The position numbers were made by a program, and so were the translations under genes. Under the pieces are notes generated by a model, which had not been told where the DNA came from, ran no database searches, and saw only the letters and a list, made by a program, of their open reading frames with translations. From Candidatus Heimdallarchaeota archaeon (GTDB taxonomy: Archaea > Asgardarchaeota > Heimdallarchaeia > Hodarchaeales > Hodarchaeaceae), in NCBI GenBank assembly GCA_011364965.1, contig RDOB01000001.1, forward strand, positions 96,001 through 160,000: a stretch of 64,000 nucleotides of DNA, read 5' to 3'. Shown here piece after piece: positions 60,989 through 64,000 of the stretch (position 1 is the stretch's first letter; each line of letters opens with the position of its first letter).

Positions 60989-61918
60989 TCATGTTAAATC
61001 TAATTTTTTCATTAGTTGACAAACTGGGCAGACTTCATGGGTCGAGATTTCCCCGCAATTTAGGCAATAATGGGGAGGGTTTAATCGATTAGACTGTGGA
61101 AAATATTTGGAAATAGAATCGTGAGCATTAATAATGTTAATTAATGTACTTGGGCGCTTCAGTTCCATTAACGATAAAAAATCTCTAATATCATTTCGCA
61201 TTGCAGATTCTGCATAAGGACAGGGATAGGAATGATACTTTAGCTCCTCTGCTCGTGCATATAGCACAATTTCGGGTTCAGATACACGGACAAAAGGTCT
61301 AACACGTGGAGGCATACCCTTGTATTTCTCAATCGGAGCTCGTGTTAATCTGATAAACTTTAAAGTGTCACCCCTCAATAAATTCATTATTATTGTCTGT
61401 GCTTCATCATCTAAATTATGAGCAGTGGCTATCTTTGTTACTCCAAGTTGTCGAGCTCGGATATTTAACGCGCGTCTACGCAAAATCCCACAAATGGCGC
61501 ATGGAGAGAAACTTCGATCTTTTATTATGCTTTTTTTCACGATTTGATCCAAATTCTCACCAAATGTTTCATTGAAAGAAATAATTTCATGAGGAATATC
61601 ATATTTCATTGTTATATGTTTGGCTAAGGCAATTGAGTCTTCACGATATCCTTTTATTCCTTCGTCAACGGAGATTGCTGTTATTTTACTTTTAGGAAAT
61701 TGGATTAAGAGCTTATGAAGAATATGAATCAAAACCATACTATCCTTTCCCCCGGAAAGTCCCAGGCCAATATGATCGTTCGGGGAGAACATTTTATATT
61801 GAGTAATTGTTTTTCTTACCCGTTTTTCAAATAATTCCACGAAATGTGTTTTACAATATCTTTTTCTTGACCGTGAATCAAGTGTGTATGGTGGATTTTC
61901 GCAACATCTGGTTCTCAT
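60989..61918 (-). CDS. tRNA 2-thiolation protein (TtuA/Ncs6 family)
   Basis: SGGKDS PP-loop; CAICGILRR; AHNLDD; CPY; terminal Zn fingers. Confidence 0.93.
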   Translation of the reverse strand: MRTRCCENPPYTLDSRSRKRYCKTHFVELFEKRVRKTITQYKMFSPNDHIGLGLSGGKDSMVLIHILHKLLIQFPKSKITAISVDEGIKGYREDSIALAKHITMKYDIPHEIISFNETFGENLDQIVKKSIIKDRSFSPCAICGILRRRALNIRARQLGVTKIATAHNLDDEAQTIIMNLLRGDTLKFIRLTRAPIEKYKGMPPRVRPFVRVSEPEIVLYARAEELKYHSYPCPYAESAMRNDIRDFLSLMELKRPSTLINIINAHDSISKYFPQSNRLNPPHYCLNCGEISTHEVCPVCQLMKKLDLT

Positions 61919-61925
61919 TTTTCTC

Positions 61926-62216
61926 TCATTTACTCAATGGTTTTTTCTCTATATTTACTAGAATCTTTGGGAGTAATTCATCGGTAATTTTTGTAGCATG
62001 AGCGATCGCTTCCTCTGCAACCTTTTGAACTTCTAAACCAGAAAGTGCAGAGAGTTCTACATATAATTCAACTTCAATAATGATTTCGTTTTCATCAGTT
62101 AGCTCCAAATTTATATCTATTAAATCGTGATCCAATTTTTTACCTAATTTCTTTTGCAGGAAACTGTGTACTTCTAGATAAACCTGATCAATTATTCTAT
62201 CCAATTCATTACTCAT
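61926..62216 (-). CDS. DUF3194-like conserved archaeal protein
   Basis: Small acidic alpha/beta protein downstream of prefoldin beta. Confidence 0.55.
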   Translation of the reverse strand: MSNELDRIIDQVYLEVHSFLQKKLGKKLDHDLIDINLELTDENEIIIEVELYVELSALSGLEVQKVAEEAIAHATKITDELLPKILVNIEKKPLSK

Positions 62217-62265
62217 AAAAGAATCCCACTCTCCAACAATGATCGTGAAATAGAATCAAAAAGCA

Positions 62266-62634
62266 TTAGTTGGAATCCAGAGAAGGAGAATCACCTAGTT
62301 CTTGAGTGAGACGAGTTTGTAATTCCTCAAATCGCTTTACATTTTGGGACTCCTGAGAAGAAAAACTTTTCTGTTTAAGTTCTAACAACTCAGCTCTTTC
62401 AGTAAGCTCTTTAAGAACCTCACCTGCTTTTTTTGGGAACATTACTGAGCCAATGGTCTGCCAAACTTCTTTCTCTGGCTCGAGCTTTTGGAGTTCTTTT
62501 TTTGTCATCTGTATCTCAGAAAGTGCGCGATTAATTTCCCCTAATTGGATACGAATATTTTGAATGGTTTGTTCTAATTGTTGTAAACGCAAGACTTTTT
62601 CTTGTTGTGCTGGAGATAATTCACGATATGCCAT
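62266..62634 (-). CDS. pfdB: Prefoldin beta subunit
   Basis: Coiled coil, VWQTIGSVM hairpin, coiled coil; operon context. Confidence 0.92.
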   Translation of the reverse strand: MAYRELSPAQQEKVLRLQQLEQTIQNIRIQLGEINRALSEIQMTKKELQKLEPEKEVWQTIGSVMFPKKAGEVLKELTERAELLELKQKSFSSQESQNVKRFEELQTRLTQELGDSPSLDSN

Positions 62635-62652
62635 CTAAATTTCCTCTATTTT

Positions 62653-62961
62653 TTAATTTCCTCTATTTTTGCTCGATTTTTCAGAGTGGTTAAAAGTATG
62701 TTTTGATATAATTGCAACTGCTGTAGATACGGTTGATAACCATCTTAGCATAGAATTTGTACTCGCCTTAGCTGCAGTAAGGTCTTGAGCTCGAATCTGA
62801 ATGATTAGCTTGTTGGATCGTAATTTCAATTGAACATTCGATCTATCAAAAGAGTGTTGTTGAATTTCTGGATAAAGAGCTTCAAATACAATACGTGATT
62901 CATCAGGGGTCTCAAAATGCACAGCTATTGTCATGTTAAATTTATCATTCATCTTAATCAC
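62653..62961 (-). CDS. pcc1: KEOPS complex subunit Pcc1
   Basis: ALYPE..RSNV..AQDLTAAKASTNSMLRWL. Confidence 0.9.
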   Translation of the reverse strand: MIKMNDKFNMTIAVHFETPDESRIVFEALYPEIQQHSFDRSNVQLKLRSNKLIIQIRAQDLTAAKASTNSMLRWLSTVSTAVAIISKHTFNHSEKSSKNRGN

Positions 62962-63511
62962 ATATGATTCTAAACTGTAAGATGGGGTATGAAACCGTTT
63001 GATTGCTTTGGATCATCATTCCTTCAATTATATCTTTATTGTCTCTTTGAAAATAGAACATATTATGGAATTTTTCATTTTTATTAACTCTTGGTTCTAT
63101 AATTGGTTCAAAGAGAAAAATGATTTTCTCTTTTATATTATTATTTATCTCTTGAGAGAACTTTAGACGAATAGGAGCAGAAGTTAAGCGTATTTTTGAA
63201 TCATGTGCTTTTAGAGTAATTATATTTGAGATCAATATTGTTGAGGTTATTTTTAACGTGTCTCGTGTAATAAAATAAGGGTTTACCTTGATTGTACCGT
63301 TTTCTTGAGTTTGATGTAAGATCAATAATACTTTGATTTCGTTGTTAAATGAATAATTTAACACCTGGTTTATATTAAGGGAACCACGGCTAATCATCAC
63401 TGTATTCGGTAAACAAAGCTTTAATATTTTTGCAGTTCTACGTAAAAAATGAGTTGGATTACGGGAGGTAGTAATTAAGATATCAGTATTTACTTTCCTC
63501 TCTAGATCCAT
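62954..63511 (-). CDS. Brix/Imp4-like ribosome biogenesis protein
   Basis: ILITTSRNPT..RG N-terminal Brix motif; operon context. Confidence 0.8.
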   Translation of the reverse strand: MDLERKVNTDILITTSRNPTHFLRRTAKILKLCLPNTVMISRGSLNINQVLNYSFNNEIKVLLILHQTQENGTIKVNPYFITRDTLKITSTILISNIITLKAHDSKIRLTSAPIRLKFSQEINNNIKEKIIFLFEPIIEPRVNKNEKFHNMFYFQRDNKDIIEGMMIQSNQTVSYPILQFRIICD

Positions 63512-63550
63512 GTGAAGTCATGCATTGAATGAAAATAGAATTAAAAAAGG

Positions 63551-63826
63551 TTAAGTTTCGGATTGAGAATCTAACCTTTTTGCTGTTCGTTGAGCGATTT
63601 TCCCTCCAGAAGTCTCGGGAGCCCATGAACCACCTGTAAAACGGTACCCACAGAATTTACACTGCCAGATTCCGATAGAAACACGGTTCACTTTGATTGA
63701 ATTACAGGATGGGCAGGTGTGTTTCATTTTTAACGTTGCTTCTATCTTCCTTACTCTTTTACGAATAGTTGCTCCGTAACGTGTTCCAAAACGCCCAGTA
63801 GTTCCCACTTTCTTAGTACGTCCCAT
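63551..63826 (-). CDS. rpl37ae: Ribosomal protein eL43 (L37Ae)
   Basis: GRFGTRYG; CPSC..GIWQCKFC; GGSW. Confidence 0.97.
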   Translation of the reverse strand: MGRTKKVGTTGRFGTRYGATIRKRVRKIEATLKMKHTCPSCNSIKVNRVSIGIWQCKFCGYRFTGGSWAPETSGGKIAQRTAKRLDSQSET

Positions 63827-63876
63827 TTTATCTTCACTTAACCTTTATTTGAAACCTGTTAAATAAAAATCGATCT

Positions 63877-63999
63877 TCAGAAATCGAACTGAAACATTTC
63901 ACCTTCATTAAGAAATGAGGATTCATCAATTATTTTGTTTAGTTCTTTAGCTCGGCTTGTTGCTTTTTCCAAGATCGTTATTATTTCTTCTTCAGAAAA
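63877..63999 (-). CDS. C-terminal fragment of probable exosome subunit Rrp42 (cut by window edge)
   Basis: FSEEEIITILEKATSRAKELNKII...; position directly upstream of L37Ae. Confidence 0.6.
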   Translation of the reverse strand, partial: FSEEEIITILEKATSRAKELNKIIDESSFLNEGEMFQFDF

Positions 64000-64000
64000 A

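Noticed and set aside
3355-62001. Other short ORFs of 60-120 aa nested in or antisense to long genes
   Set aside because: Shadow ORFs of well-supported genes with no recognisable motifs
1-64000. CRISPR arrays, transposases, integrases or tRNA-anchored islands
   Set aside because: No regularly spaced repeats, recombinase motifs or duplicated tRNA 3' ends seen by eye; tRNA neighbours are mostly housekeeping genes

Overview
AT-rich, gene-dense archaeal chromosomal segment. The gene content points to an Asgard archaeon, probably Heimdallarchaeia: an ARPC4-like protein, a roadblock protein, two longin-type domains, a membrane-anchored RING protein and an SNM1-type nuclease. That assignment is inferred from gene content and is not a phylogeny. 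The window is mostly housekeeping. It holds fragmented ribosomal protein clusters (L3-L4-L23-L2; S13-S4-S11; L14e-Cbf5; the Rrp42-L37Ae-Brix-Pcc1-prefoldin tail), four tRNAs (two with introns, one at non-canonical position 30/31), a tRNA splicing endonuclease, two CDC48s (one in a heat-shock-like operon), an archaeosortase with candidate substrates, and cofactor and RNA-modification enzymes. Two small genes missed by the ORF track were found: Sec61beta and eL41. The standout is at about 41.36-41.54 kb on the minus strand: a circularly permuted 5S rRNA gene. Its 3' half precedes its 5' half, and the two are joined by an ACUU tetraloop that caps helix I. The gene sits in a complementary leader/trailer stem ending in a relaxed bulge-helix-bulge. 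Cleavage at the canonical bulge positions plus ligation would rebuild the conserved CCCGGAA-GUUAAG junction and give a 121-nt circular 5S rRNA. No CRISPR array, transposase or integrase was seen.
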